Part shown: one piece after another, positions 1 through 10,140 of the stretch | Layout: each line of letters begins with the position of its first letter | Position numbering within the stretch: the stretch's first letter is position 1 | NCBI GenBank assembly: GCA_012523265.1 | Contig: JAAYIU010000437.1 | Coordinates: 1 to 47,690, forward strand | Direction of reading: 5' to 3' | DNA from: Bacteroidales bacterium | GTDB taxonomy: Bacteria; Bacteroidota; Bacteroidia; Bacteroidales; 4484-276 | DNA length: 47,690 bases | The notes under the pieces: generated by a model | What the model saw: the letters and a program-made list of their open reading frames with translations, nothing else | What the model was told of the DNA's origin: nothing | Databases searched by the model: none | Program-made: the position numbers and the translations under genes

Positions 1-82
1 GCGTCAAAATCCATCAAGAACCCGATCCAGATTACATTCAAGAAGATAGAATAGAGCTAATTTTCTAGTATCGATATTCAAT

Positions 83-333
83 AACCACAGAGTTCACAAA
101 GATTTTCACAGAGTTCACAGAGATATTCCTCCGTGTTCTTTGCGTCTTCTATGCGTTCTCTGCGGTTAAAAAATATTTAGCGGCAATTCGGCACCATTGG
201 CGGAAATTAGCGGACAGTCAAAAGCATCCGCGAATTCAGACGAATCAAGCGAATGAACACGAAAAAAGCATTAAGAACCTTTCCTCTGCGTCTCCGCGTC
301 TCAGCGGTGAAAAACAAAGAAAAACCACAGAGG
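83..333. repeat. cluster of three long imperfect hairpins built from about 9-nt units
   Basis: The first hairpin (83-167) pairs units ccacagag/ttcacagag with ctccgtg/ctctgcgg. The second (about 177-258) pairs ATT(A/G)GCGG units with inverted (C/G)CGAAT units. The third (283-333) pairs cctctg with cagagg and also contains tctccgcg/tctcagcgg units. Confidence 0.7.
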
Positions 334-362
334 ACAAGTCATCCCACTTAATACTTAATAAT

Positions 363-404
363 TTCTCACCTCTCACTTCTCACCTCTCACTTCTCACCTC
401 TCAC
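363..404. repeat. perfect 14-nt tandem repeat ttctcacctctcac x3
   Basis: The copies lie at 363-376, 377-390 and 391-404. The third copy contains the cyclase stop codon (394-396) and its last 3 codons. Confidence 0.95.
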
Positions 405-2376
405 TTTCAACCTCTTCCTCCACAAAATACATCTCAAAGGAAAGTCCGTTTTTTACTTCCACCTGTCCGCGGGGCGTACATTGGAAATGATCCTTCACCA
501 GGAGCCAGGTGGCGCGCGAAATATTTATCTTGCCTACTTCGCCGCCCGATTCCATGCGTGAGGCAATGTTGACGGTGTCGCCCCAGATGTCGTAGGCGAA
601 TTTACGGTTGCCCACGATACCGGCTACTACCGGGCCGGTGTGCAGGCCAATTCGCGCTTCAAACCACTGCATTCCGGCTGCCTGCCGTTGTTGTTTATAT
701 TCCTCCATAAACCGACGGATGGCGCAGGCGGCGCGCACGGCATCCACAGGATTGGTAGTATTGGCCAGAGGTAGCCCGGCAGCACACATGTATGAGTCGC
801 CGATGGTCTTGATTTTTTCGACGTGGTGCTGCGTGATGATGTCGTCGAAATGTTTGTAGCAATAGTCGATTTCGGCTACCAGCGCTTCGGGTTCCATTTC
901 TCCGGCCATTTGCACAAATCCTTTGAAGTCGGTGAAAAGAACTGTCACCTGATCGTATTTGCGAGCTTTGGATGTGCCGCTGTTTTTGAGTTCTTCGGCA
1001 GTTTCGGAAGGCAGGATATTTAGCAGCAGGTCGTCGGAGCGTTGGCGTTCGTGGGTGATCACCCGGTTTTTGTCCTCCAGCTCGCGACGGGTGCGCTGCA
1101 CGTAGCGGTAGCGGTGCAGCAGCAGCAGGGCGACAGCCAAAAATAATGCTCCGATAACGATGATTAGGTTGCGCAACTGCTTTTGGCGTTGGAGCTGGAG
1201 CTTTTGTATTTCGATATTTTTGGCAAACAGCTCTATTTCTTTATCAGATTTCTCTTTTACATAAGCATTCACGCTCATCTGCGACTTGCTTTTTTCGATG
1301 TTTTGCAGCGAGTCGCGCAGAGAGATGTATTTTTCGTTGTATTCAAAAGCGTGTTTATAATCATCGATACCCTGATAGGCTTTGCTCAGCTCCTTATAAA
1401 CATCTACCAGGATGCTGCGATAGTTCATTTCAAGCGCAAGCTGTTGTGTTTCGTTAAGCACCTGAAGCGCCGCGGTATGTTTCTTCTTTCGGTTCAAAAG
1501 ATCGCCTTGTGCAACCATTAAATTTAAAATCCCATATTGATCGTTTACCTGGTGCGCCAGGTCAAGCGCTGTATCCAGGTTAGCGGCGGCAAGTCCGATT
1601 TCATTTTTGTCGAGATAGAGATACACGAGCGCCTGATAAGCATATTCGAGCTTGTACAAGTCGTGGCTTTGTCGGTGCAGGCTAATGGCTTTTTGATGAT
1701 AATAAAAGGCCGAATCATATTGTTCGAGCGCCTGAAATGCAACGCCGATATTCGAGAGGTTGGTAGCGTATTTGGCGGTGTCGTGGCTTTTCAAATTGTA
1801 GCGCATCGCATTGCGAAAGTAATCGAGCGCAATGCCGGGGCTTTTCATCTCGTGGTAGCGCAGCCCAATGTTGTTGAGTGCCACGGCCATGCGCATGGTG
1901 TCGTGTTGGCTTTCGGCCAGCGAGAGCAACTCCAGCAGATAGTCGATCGAGGTAGAATATTCGCCCATGAGCGAATAAACGATGCTCAGGTTGTTGTAAA
2001 CCGAAGCGGCAAGATTCCAAAGATTATTTTCTTTCGCAATTTCCAGACATTGCTCGTATTTTGCTATCGCAGCCGGATAGTTACTTTGCTCGAGCATCAT
2101 GCCCTGAAGGTTGAGTGCGGTGGCAATTCCGGGATAAAAACCTTCGCGCTTCGACAAGTTATAGAGCTGTTCGGCATAATAGGAAACCGTGTCAGGATGG
2201 CTACTGCTCAGGTCGTACATTGCTGCAGTCAGATCCATGAGCAGCAGGCTGTCGGCGGGTTGCTTCAATATTTCTAAAAACAAGCTGTCGCATAATGCAA
2301 TTTTCTTTTCGGCCTGTGAATATGAGAACAGAGCTATCAAAAGCAAAAGCAACAGAAGCAGTTTTTTAGCGTGCAT
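394..2376 (-). CDS. membrane-anchored TPR-repeat class III adenylate cyclase
   Basis: 660-aa ORF. It has an N-terminal signal/anchor (KKLLLLLLLLIALFSYSQA), about 330 aa of TPR-like repeats, a coiled coil and a TM helix (LIIVIGALFLAVALLLL). The C-terminal cyclase core has FTDFKGF (metal Asp), KTIGDSYM and AYDIWGDTVNIASRME (the Lys/Asp adenine-specifying pair). Its start overlaps the cheB stop by 11 nt. Confidence 0.9.
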   Translation of the reverse strand: MHAKKLLLLLLLLIALFSYSQAEKKIALCDSLFLEILKQPADSLLLMDLTAAMYDLSSSHPDTVSYYAEQLYNLSKREGFYPGIATALNLQGMMLEQSNYPAAIAKYEQCLEIAKENNLWNLAASVYNNLSIVYSLMGEYSTSIDYLLELLSLAESQHDTMRMAVALNNIGLRYHEMKSPGIALDYFRNAMRYNLKSHDTAKYATNLSNIGVAFQALEQYDSAFYYHQKAISLHRQSHDLYKLEYAYQALVYLYLDKNEIGLAAANLDTALDLAHQVNDQYGILNLMVAQGDLLNRKKKHTAALQVLNETQQLALEMNYRSILVDVYKELSKAYQGIDDYKHAFEYNEKYISLRDSLQNIEKSKSQMSVNAYVKEKSDKEIELFAKNIEIQKLQLQRQKQLRNLIIVIGALFLAVALLLLHRYRYVQRTRRELEDKNRVITHERQRSDDLLLNILPSETAEELKNSGTSKARKYDQVTVLFTDFKGFVQMAGEMEPEALVAEIDYCYKHFDDIITQHHVEKIKTIGDSYMCAAGLPLANTTNPVDAVRAACAIRRFMEEYKQQRQAAGMQWFEARIGLHTGPVVAGIVGNRKFAYDIWGDTVNIASRMESGGEVGKINISRATWLLVKDHFQCTPRGQVEVKNGLSFEMYFVEEEVESER

Positions 2377-3421
2377 TTTTCACTTTATTAATTACAAATT
2401 CAGCGATATGGTTTATGGGCAGCACGTATTGCGCAGCGCCAATTTTTTCGGCTTCTTTGGGCATTCCGTATACTACGCTTGTGGCTTGATCTTGAGCGAT
2501 AGTCAGTGCTCCCGCCTGTTTCATTAAGAGCATGCCGGCGGCACCGTCAGCGCCCATTCCTGTAAGTAGAATGCCTGAAGCGTTGCTTCCGGCCACACGC
2601 GCTGCCGAATTAAAAAGTACATCCACGGCAGGGCGGTGCCGGTTGACCAGCGCGCCGCTATAAACGTCAGCGCAAAAGCCGTCAGCGCAGCGTTTGATAG
2701 CCGTATGAAAACCACCGGGCGCTATCAGCACTTTGCCGGCGGTGAGTTTTTCTCCATTTTCAGCTTCCTTCACCCGAAATGGAAATAAGCTGTTGAGCCT
2801 TTCGGCAAATGTTCGTGTAAAGCCCGCCGGCATATGCTGCACAACGATTACCGGCGGCGTGTTGGCAGGAAGCCCGGCCAGGAGTGTCTGGATGGCTTCC
2901 GTGCCACCGGTGGAGGCGCCAATAGCAATGATTGTTTTGTTATTAAAACCAAAAGCCGACACTGCATTAGCGGATTGCGCGGAGGCTTTCGGCAGTCGGG
3001 TCATATTGCGGCGAAGTGGCCGCGACATGCTGGCGGCTATCACGGCATCGACAATCTGAATACAGCTTTCGCTGATGTTTTCCTGATTGATAAGATTGGG
3101 TTTATGGATGACCTCCACAGCGCCATATTCCAATGCCCTGATCACTTCGGGGGAGCCTTTGCGCGTAAGGCTCGAAATCACCACTACCGGCACAGGGTGC
3201 TGTGTCATAATGCGATGAAGAAACGTAAGCCCGTCCATGCGAGGCATGTCCAGGTCGAGGGTGATCACGTCAGGAATTTCTTTTTTCATACAGGCTGCCG
3301 CCACATAAGGGTTGGGGGCTGTGGCAATAATTTCGATCAGCCCCGAGCGCTCAAGTATCCCGGTCAGCGAATGTCGGATTACAGCGGAATCATCGACAAT
3401 TAATACACGAATTTTTTTCAT
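2366..3421 (-). CDS. cheB: chemotaxis response regulator protein-glutamate methylesterase CheB
   Basis: REC domain (MKKIRVLIVDDS, LDLDMPRMDG) plus a methylesterase domain with GASTGG (Ser), VVQHMP (His) and GMGADG (Asp). The ORF extends to 3448, but the ATG at 3421 gives the canonical REC N-terminus. Confidence 0.93.
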   Translation of the reverse strand: MKKIRVLIVDDSAVIRHSLTGILERSGLIEIIATAPNPYVAAACMKKEIPDVITLDLDMPRMDGLTFLHRIMTQHPVPVVVISSLTRKGSPEVIRALEYGAVEVIHKPNLINQENISESCIQIVDAVIAASMSRPLRRNMTRLPKASAQSANAVSAFGFNNKTIIAIGASTGGTEAIQTLLAGLPANTPPVIVVQHMPAGFTRTFAERLNSLFPFRVKEAENGEKLTAGKVLIAPGGFHTAIKRCADGFCADVYSGALVNRHRPAVDVLFNSAARVAGSNASGILLTGMGADGAAGMLLMKQAGALTIAQDQATSVVYGMPKEAEKIGAAQYVLPINHIAEFVINKVKNAR

Positions 3422-3464
3422 AATAAAACTGGCTGTTGACGCATTCATCTCTTTTGTCCACCAT

Positions 3465-3926
3465 TCAAAGATATTTCTGCATCACCTCGCCGGTTTGTGT
3501 GTTAAAGAATATTTTACGTCCGCGGGTGCCGCCGGTGCTGCCTTTGGCTATTTGGATGCCATAGTCTGCATAAATATCAAAAGCCAACTCAACATTGTGC
3601 TGACCAATATCAAAAACCCTTGCGGTATCGTCGAGTATTCTGGCGCCGCCAAAAAATTTGGCAATAAGGTTTTCTGTTTTGCTGCCGTTGTTTAGCATTT
3701 TCTTTACCAGCAGATCGTTGGCAATATTTCCATATTTTGGTGAAGCCAATCCTACACCATTCCACAGCGGCAGCATGTAATGGTTCATCCCGCCGGTGTT
3801 TTTCGCTCTGTCCCACAGGCACACAGCCACACACGATCCCAAAATAGTATTGAGGATGATGGGCTGCTGTGCCACAAAAAGGGCTGATGAGTAAATGTAT
3901 TTCGCCTGCAGGTTGTTCATTATCAC
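3465..3926 (-). CDS. cheD: chemoreceptor glutamine deamidase CheD
   Basis: 153 aa with the CheD signature ILGSCVAVCLWD and NHYMLP. It starts 2 nt after the stop of the upstream kinase-like gene. Confidence 0.9.
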   Translation of the reverse strand: MIMNNLQAKYIYSSALFVAQQPIILNTILGSCVAVCLWDRAKNTGGMNHYMLPLWNGVGLASPKYGNIANDLLVKKMLNNGSKTENLIAKFFGGARILDDTARVFDIGQHNVELAFDIYADYGIQIAKGSTGGTRGRKIFFNTQTGEVMQKYL

Positions 3927-3928
3927 AC

Positions 3929-4819
3929 CTAAAACAATTCACTTTGGTCGAAGAGAAAATCCTCTCCATGGGTGGCTGAGCCGCTGCTGTCGGTGGTATG
4001 TGTACGATCCGGAATTCGGATGATAAAGGTGCTGCCATGATCGCGCTGGCTATGCAATTTTATTTCGCCGCCAAGAAGCTCAAGGTAATATTTTGTCAGT
4101 GGAAGCCCCAGGCCATGTCCTTGGCCGGGTGTAGCCACGGCAGGGTTTATTCTGCTGAACCGGTCGAAGATGCGCTCATGGTCAGCACTGTCGATACCGG
4201 AGCCATGGTCGGTTACGGCAATGGACACCATTTCTTCTTTGTGCGTTAGCGCAATATTCACCTCGGTACCGTGATAGGTGTATTGCACAGCATTCATAAT
4301 CAGATTTTCGAGGATGAGTTGCAGCTTTTGCGGATCGCTGCGAATAATGAGTTTGTCAGGCGAAAACCCGTCATAAACAAAGCGTACATTTCTGTCGGCA
4401 GCAATTTTTTTAAACTTTGCAGTAATGTCTTTGACCGCCTGCATAATGTCAAAATCATAAAATTCTATCGCCACATCACCGGCTTCTATCTCGGCAGAGG
4501 CAAAGATGTTGTGCCATTGGAAATCGAGATGTACCGCTTCCTGATAGATCAGTGCTGCCCGGCGACGAATCTCTTCTGCTGGCAGGTTTTCATTCGCGCT
4601 AAGCGATTCCGATAAACTGAGTATCGCCGTGAGCGGGTTGATGATCTCGTTGCGTGCATTCGACAGAAAGTTCGTTTTCAGCCGCTCTGCCTCAATGAGT
4701 TTGCGATTCACCTGCCGGAGCGTACGGTTGAGCTGTTCCAGTTCTTCGTAAGCCTGGCTGCGCTGGTCGATGCGCCGCTGCAGTTCGTCGATAAGTTGCC
4801 GGTCGGTAAGTGATGTCAT
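3929..4819 (-). CDS. HisKA/HATPase_c histidine-kinase-like protein lacking the phospho-acceptor His
   Basis: 296 aa with an N-terminal coiled coil. The H-box reads FLSNARNEIINPL where FLxNxSHExRxPL is expected, so His is replaced by Asn while ExxN is kept. The N box (LENLIMNAVQYT), G1 (DHGSGID), F (IFDRFSR) and G2 (GHGLGL) are intact. There is no sensor, TM or REC domain. Confidence 0.85.
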   Translation of the reverse strand: MTSLTDRQLIDELQRRIDQRSQAYEELEQLNRTLRQVNRKLIEAERLKTNFLSNARNEIINPLTAILSLSESLSANENLPAEEIRRRAALIYQEAVHLDFQWHNIFASAEIEAGDVAIEFYDFDIMQAVKDITAKFKKIAADRNVRFVYDGFSPDKLIIRSDPQKLQLILENLIMNAVQYTYHGTEVNIALTHKEEMVSIAVTDHGSGIDSADHERIFDRFSRINPAVATPGQGHGLGLPLTKYYLELLGGEIKLHSQRDHGSTFIIRIPDRTHTTDSSGSATHGEDFLFDQSELF

Positions 4820-4859
4820 AGTTTATGGTGTAATGTCAGTTCTGGTAATGATGGTAAAA

Positions 4860-4906
4860 ATTCCAAATTCCAAATCTCAAATAAATTCCAAAAAGCAAAT
4901 TCCAAA
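4860..4906. repeat. ATTCCAAA (sense strand TTTGGAAT) iterated 4 times plus one degenerate copy
   Basis: Perfect copies lie at 4860, 4867, 4885 and 4899, and a degenerate copy atctcaaa at 4874. They sit in the 177-bp spacer between cheR and the kinase-like gene. Confidence 0.9.
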
Positions 4907-4996
4907 AACAAATATTGGTGGCATGCAGCAGTTTGGATTTTTGATTGTTTACACCAACTACTGGTGGTTGCCTTGTTGTGATTTGTTTTTTACAGC

Positions 4997-5854
4997 TTAA
5001 ATCTTTTGATACACAGCGGGTGCTACCCTTTTCAGTGGGCGCCACAAGTCGTTTGATAAGGATTCGGAGTGACCAATAAAAAAATACCCGCCCGGACGCA
5101 GTTTTTTAAGCAGCGCCCGCACTACGCGCAACTGCACCGCACGATCGAAATAAATCAACGTGTTGCGGCAAAAGATGGCATCAAAGTCTTTCTGCTGAAA
5201 GCGCTCTGTTTGCATTAGATTTTGCCTTTCAAACTGCACCTTCTGTCGCAGTGCCGAAACGATACGCACCCTCTTGGCTGTCCGGTCGCGGCTGCGCAAG
5301 AGGTAGTTCTGGCGCAGACTCAGCGGTATCACCTGGGTTTTGCTTTCGGGATAGATGGCCAGGGTAGCTTGTCGCAATGCTGTTGCCGAGATGTCGGTAG
5401 CCACAATTTTAAAATTGAAACGAGGATGCAATGATTTGAACTCACTCATGATAATGGCCATCGTGTAAGCCTCTTCGCCTGTGGAGCATCCGGCACTCCA
5501 TATTTTAAAGGATGGATCTTCGGAATGCTGGTAATGATCGATAAAGACATTTTTGTATAAAAAATCAAAATGATCGGGTTCGCGGAAGAAATCGGTTTTG
5601 TTGGTAGTCACCGCGTCGATCATGTGGACAAGCTCAATCTGCCGGCCACGGCTGCTGAACAAAAAAGTGATATAGGTGGCGAAGTCGCTGCACGCGTTTA
5701 TCTTCAGGCGCGAGCGCAGGCTGCTTTGGAGCATCAGCTTCTTATGCGGCGGCAGGTGGATGCCGTACTCGCGGAAGATAAATTCGCTGAGCCGCCCAAA
5801 GTCGGCCTGGCTCATCTCTGTCTTATAAAGCCTATGTAGTTCGTTGGTCTGCAC
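4997..5854 (-). CDS. cheR: chemotaxis protein methyltransferase CheR
   Basis: 285 aa with the CheR N-terminal helical domain and a SAM-binding fold (IWSAGCSTGEEAYTMA, IFCRNTLIYF). Confidence 0.93.
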   Translation of the reverse strand: MQTNELHRLYKTEMSQADFGRLSEFIFREYGIHLPPHKKLMLQSSLRSRLKINACSDFATYITFLFSSRGRQIELVHMIDAVTTNKTDFFREPDHFDFLYKNVFIDHYQHSEDPSFKIWSAGCSTGEEAYTMAIIMSEFKSLHPRFNFKIVATDISATALRQATLAIYPESKTQVIPLSLRQNYLLRSRDRTAKRVRIVSALRQKVQFERQNLMQTERFQQKDFDAIFCRNTLIYFDRAVQLRVVRALLKKLRPGGYFFIGHSESLSNDLWRPLKRVAPAVYQKI

Positions 5855-5902
5855 CGGGTTTTAGGTGGTTGCGAAAATCTGTTTGTTAATAATTAATTTG
5901 TA

Positions 5903-7909
<2,007 letters not shown>

Positions 7910-7947
7910 TCTCTTCTTTTAAAAACTACACTATGTATGTGAAAACG

Positions 7948-7955
7948 CAAAAGTA
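7948..7955 (-). promoter_or_regulatory. Bacteroidota -7 promoter box (TActTTTG) for hutU
   Basis: The plus strand reads caaaagta, which is TACTTTTG on the minus strand and matches TAnnTTTG. It lies 39 nt upstream of the hutU ATG. Confidence 0.45.
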
Positions 7956-8137
7956 CATAAAAGCCTCATTTGATAAATTGTCGGCCAGGCAGCATGTAGC
8001 GCCACAAGGCCGATGGCTGTAAGGTAATGTCAATTTAAAACAGCCATAAATTTTGAAATGTATGACTTTTTAAGATCGTTAGTGTGAAAATAATTTAAAC
8101 TTTGCACCAGTATTATTTAATTCAAAAACCAAATAAA

Positions 8138-8305
8138 ATGGCATACGTAATTTCAGATGATTGTACCGCTTGTGGTACTTGCATTGACGAGTGTCCTGTA
8201 GAGGCAATCTCAGAGGGCGAAATTTACAAAATTGATCCTGATGTTTGTACCGATTGCGGTGCATGCGCTGATGTTTGCCCCGTTGAGGCAATTCATCCTG
8301 AATAG
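8138..8305 (+). CDS. 2x[4Fe-4S] ferredoxin
   Basis: 55 aa from the ATG at 8138 (MAYVISDDCTACGTCIDECP...CTDCGACADVCP), giving two CxxCxxCxxxCP motifs. The track ORF start at 8102 is a non-ATG extension. Confidence 0.9.
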   Translation: MAYVISDDCTACGTCIDECPVEAISEGEIYKIDPDVCTDCGACADVCPVEAIHPE

Positions 8306-8339
8306 TTCAGGGTTCAAATTTATTTTAACCAAGCAAAAG

Positions 8340-8371
8340 GCCCGGGTAGTAAAACTATCCGGGCTTTTTTT
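8340..8371 (+). terminator. rho-independent terminator of the ferredoxin gene
   Basis: The stem gcccgg(gta)/(tat)ccgggc is followed by a T7 run (8365-8371). Confidence 0.75.
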
Positions 8372-8490
8372 GTTAAAGTCTTACTTCTAAAGGTTTGAAC
8401 GAGGCTGTGCCTCGTCCATTCTATTTTACAGGCTGTGCTTGTTCAAATATTAAAAACTATAAAAGATAAAGCAGGCACAGCCCTTATTCC

Positions 8491-8549
8491 TCAAAAAAGA
8501 AAATCACGAATTTTCTCTACAATTTGTGCTGTAAAGAAAACGCGTGATT
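8491..8549 (-). terminator. rho-independent terminator of rny
   Basis: On the minus strand, aatcacgcgttttctttac...gtagagaaaattcgtgatt forms 7+10 bp stems with a 2x2 internal loop, followed by ttcttttttg. It begins 15 nt after the rny stop. Confidence 0.7.
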
Positions 8550-8563
8550 ATTTTTAGATGCGT

Positions 8564-10111
8564 CTATCGAGCGTAGTTGATGGCGCGTGTTTCGCGGATC
8601 ACCGTAATTTTGATTTGCCCGGGATAGGTCATCTCGTCTTGGATTTTCTTCGACAAATCGTATGACAGCAACCTTGCCTCTTCGTCAGAAACGGCTTCAG
8701 CGCCCACAATTACGCGTAGCTCCCGACCGGCTTGTATAGCATAGGTTTTTACTACGCCGGGATAGGCGAGTGCCAGGGCTTCGAGGTTTTTGAGCCGCTG
8801 GATGTAGGCCTCTACCACTTCGCGTCGCGCTCCCGGACGTGCGCCCGAGATAGCATCGCACACCTGAACGATGGGTGCCAGCAGCGTGGTCATCTCCACC
8901 TCTTCGTGGTGCGAGCCGATGGCGTTGCACACCTCTTCGTTTTCTTTGTATTTCTCGGCCAGCTTCATGCCCAGCAGTGCGTGTGGGAGTTCCGATTCGT
9001 TGTCGGGCACCTTGCCAATGTCGTGCAGCAGCCCGGCGCGTTTGGCTTTTTTGGGATTCAAGCCCAGCTCGGCGGCCATGGTGGCGCACAGGTTGGCCAC
9101 TTCGCGTGAATGCTGCAAAAGGTTTTGGCCGTAGGAGGAGCGGTATTTCATCTTTCCTACCAGCCGCACCAGCTCGGGGTTCATGTTGTGGATGCCCAGG
9201 TCGATACAGGTTCGTTTCCCGGTTTCGATGATCTCCTGTTCGATTTGTTTTTTGGTTTTTCCCACTACCTCTTCGATGCGTGCCGGGTGTATGCGTCCGT
9301 CGGTGACGAGCTTGTGCAGGGAGAGACGGGCTATTTCGCGGCGTACCGGGTCGAAGCCCGAAAGGATGATGGCGTCGGGGCTGTCGTCGATGATGATCTC
9401 GATGCCGGTGAGCGCCTCGAGGGTGCGGATGTTGCGCCCTTCGCGACCGATGATGCGGCCTTTGATTTCGTCGTTATCAATATTAAAAACCGAAACAGAG
9501 TTTTCTACAGCATTCTCGGTGGCTGTACGCTGAATGGTTTCTACGATAATTTCGCGGGCTTTCTGGTTGGCGGTGAGTTTGGCTTCGTCGAGGATGTCCT
9601 GAATAAACACCATAGCTTCGCTTTTGGCTTCGTCTTTTAGCGTTTCGATGATCTGCGCTTTGGCCTCTTCGGCGGTAAGCCCCGAAATGGCTTCGAGCTG
9701 CGCCACTTGTTTGTTTACAAACTTGTCGAGTTCTTCCTGCTTTGCGTTGATCACTTCGAGCTGCGAGGTGAGATTTTTGCGCAGGTTGGCGAGTTCTTTC
9801 TCTTTTTTGTTTAGCTCTTCAAGTTTCTGTGAGGCTGTGGTTTCCTTTTGTTTAAGTCTGTTTTCGTTTTTTAATAAGATGTTGTTGCGTTCGTTTACAA
9901 CTTGTTCGTGCTCTGTTTTGAGCTGCAAAAATTTCTCTTTGGCCTGAAGGATTTTCTCCTTCTTAATCATTTCAGCTTTTTCCTGTGCGTCGAGCAGCAG
10001 CATCTGGCTTTTTTTTGTCACCCTCTTCCGCAGTATTGTGGAAGAAAGCAACACTCCGAGGGCTATTCCTACAACCCCCACGAAAATCGCAATCAATAAA
10101 GTATCCATCAT
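8564..10111 (-). CDS. rny: ribonuclease Y
   Basis: N-terminal TM helix ([22 protein letters not shown]), a long coiled coil, a KH domain ([12 protein letters not shown]) and an HD domain (LLHDIGK). The track ORF extends to 10324, but that extension has no homology and overlaps a structured RNA. The ATG at 10111 gives the canonical N-terminus. Confidence 0.93.
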   Translation of the reverse strand: MMDTLLIAIFVGVVGIALGVLLSSTILRKRVTKKSQMLLLDAQEKAEMIKKEKILQAKEKFLQLKTEHEQVVNERNNILLKNENRLKQKETTASQKLEELNKKEKELANLRKNLTSQLEVINAKQEELDKFVNKQVAQLEAISGLTAEEAKAQIIETLKDEAKSEAMVFIQDILDEAKLTANQKAREIIVETIQRTATENAVENSVSVFNIDNDEIKGRIIGREGRNIRTLEALTGIEIIIDDSPDAIILSGFDPVRREIARLSLHKLVTDGRIHPARIEEVVGKTKKQIEQEIIETGKRTCIDLGIHNMNPELVRLVGKMKYRSSYGQNLLQHSREVANLCATMAAELGLNPKKAKRAGLLHDIGKVPDNESELPHALLGMKLAEKYKENEEVCNAIGSHHEEVEMTTLLAPIVQVCDAISGARPGARREVVEAYIQRLKNLEALALAYPGVVKTYAIQAGRELRVIVGAEAVSDEEARLLSYDLSKKIQDEMTYPGQIKITVIRETRAINYAR

Positions 10112-10140
10112 TTTTCGTGTTTTAGGTGAGGGCATCAGAA

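Noticed and set aside
1-54. The 3' end of a plus-strand gene may lie at the left edge (frame 1 reads ...KNPIQITFKKIE then stop).
   Set aside because: Only 17 codons are visible, with no recognisable motif, so the call cannot be supported.
363-404. I considered a CRISPR-like reading of the tandem repeats at the window start.
   Set aside because: The units are 14 nt, directly abutting, with no spacers. No cas genes lie anywhere in the window.
394-2376. I considered the class III cyclase as an anti-phage (Pycsar/CBASS-like) cyclase.
   Set aside because: It is a large membrane TPR signalling cyclase with adenine-specifying residues. It has no adjacent effector (TIR, TM toxin or nuclease) and is embedded in a che operon.
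7981-8047. Two hairpins (tcggcc...ggccga and atggctgt...acagccat) lie in the hutU/ferredoxin divergent region. I considered them as a small RNA.
   Set aside because: The stems are short (6 and 8 bp) with large loops. There is no flanking promoter box or terminator, so they are compatible with chance in a 228-bp spacer.
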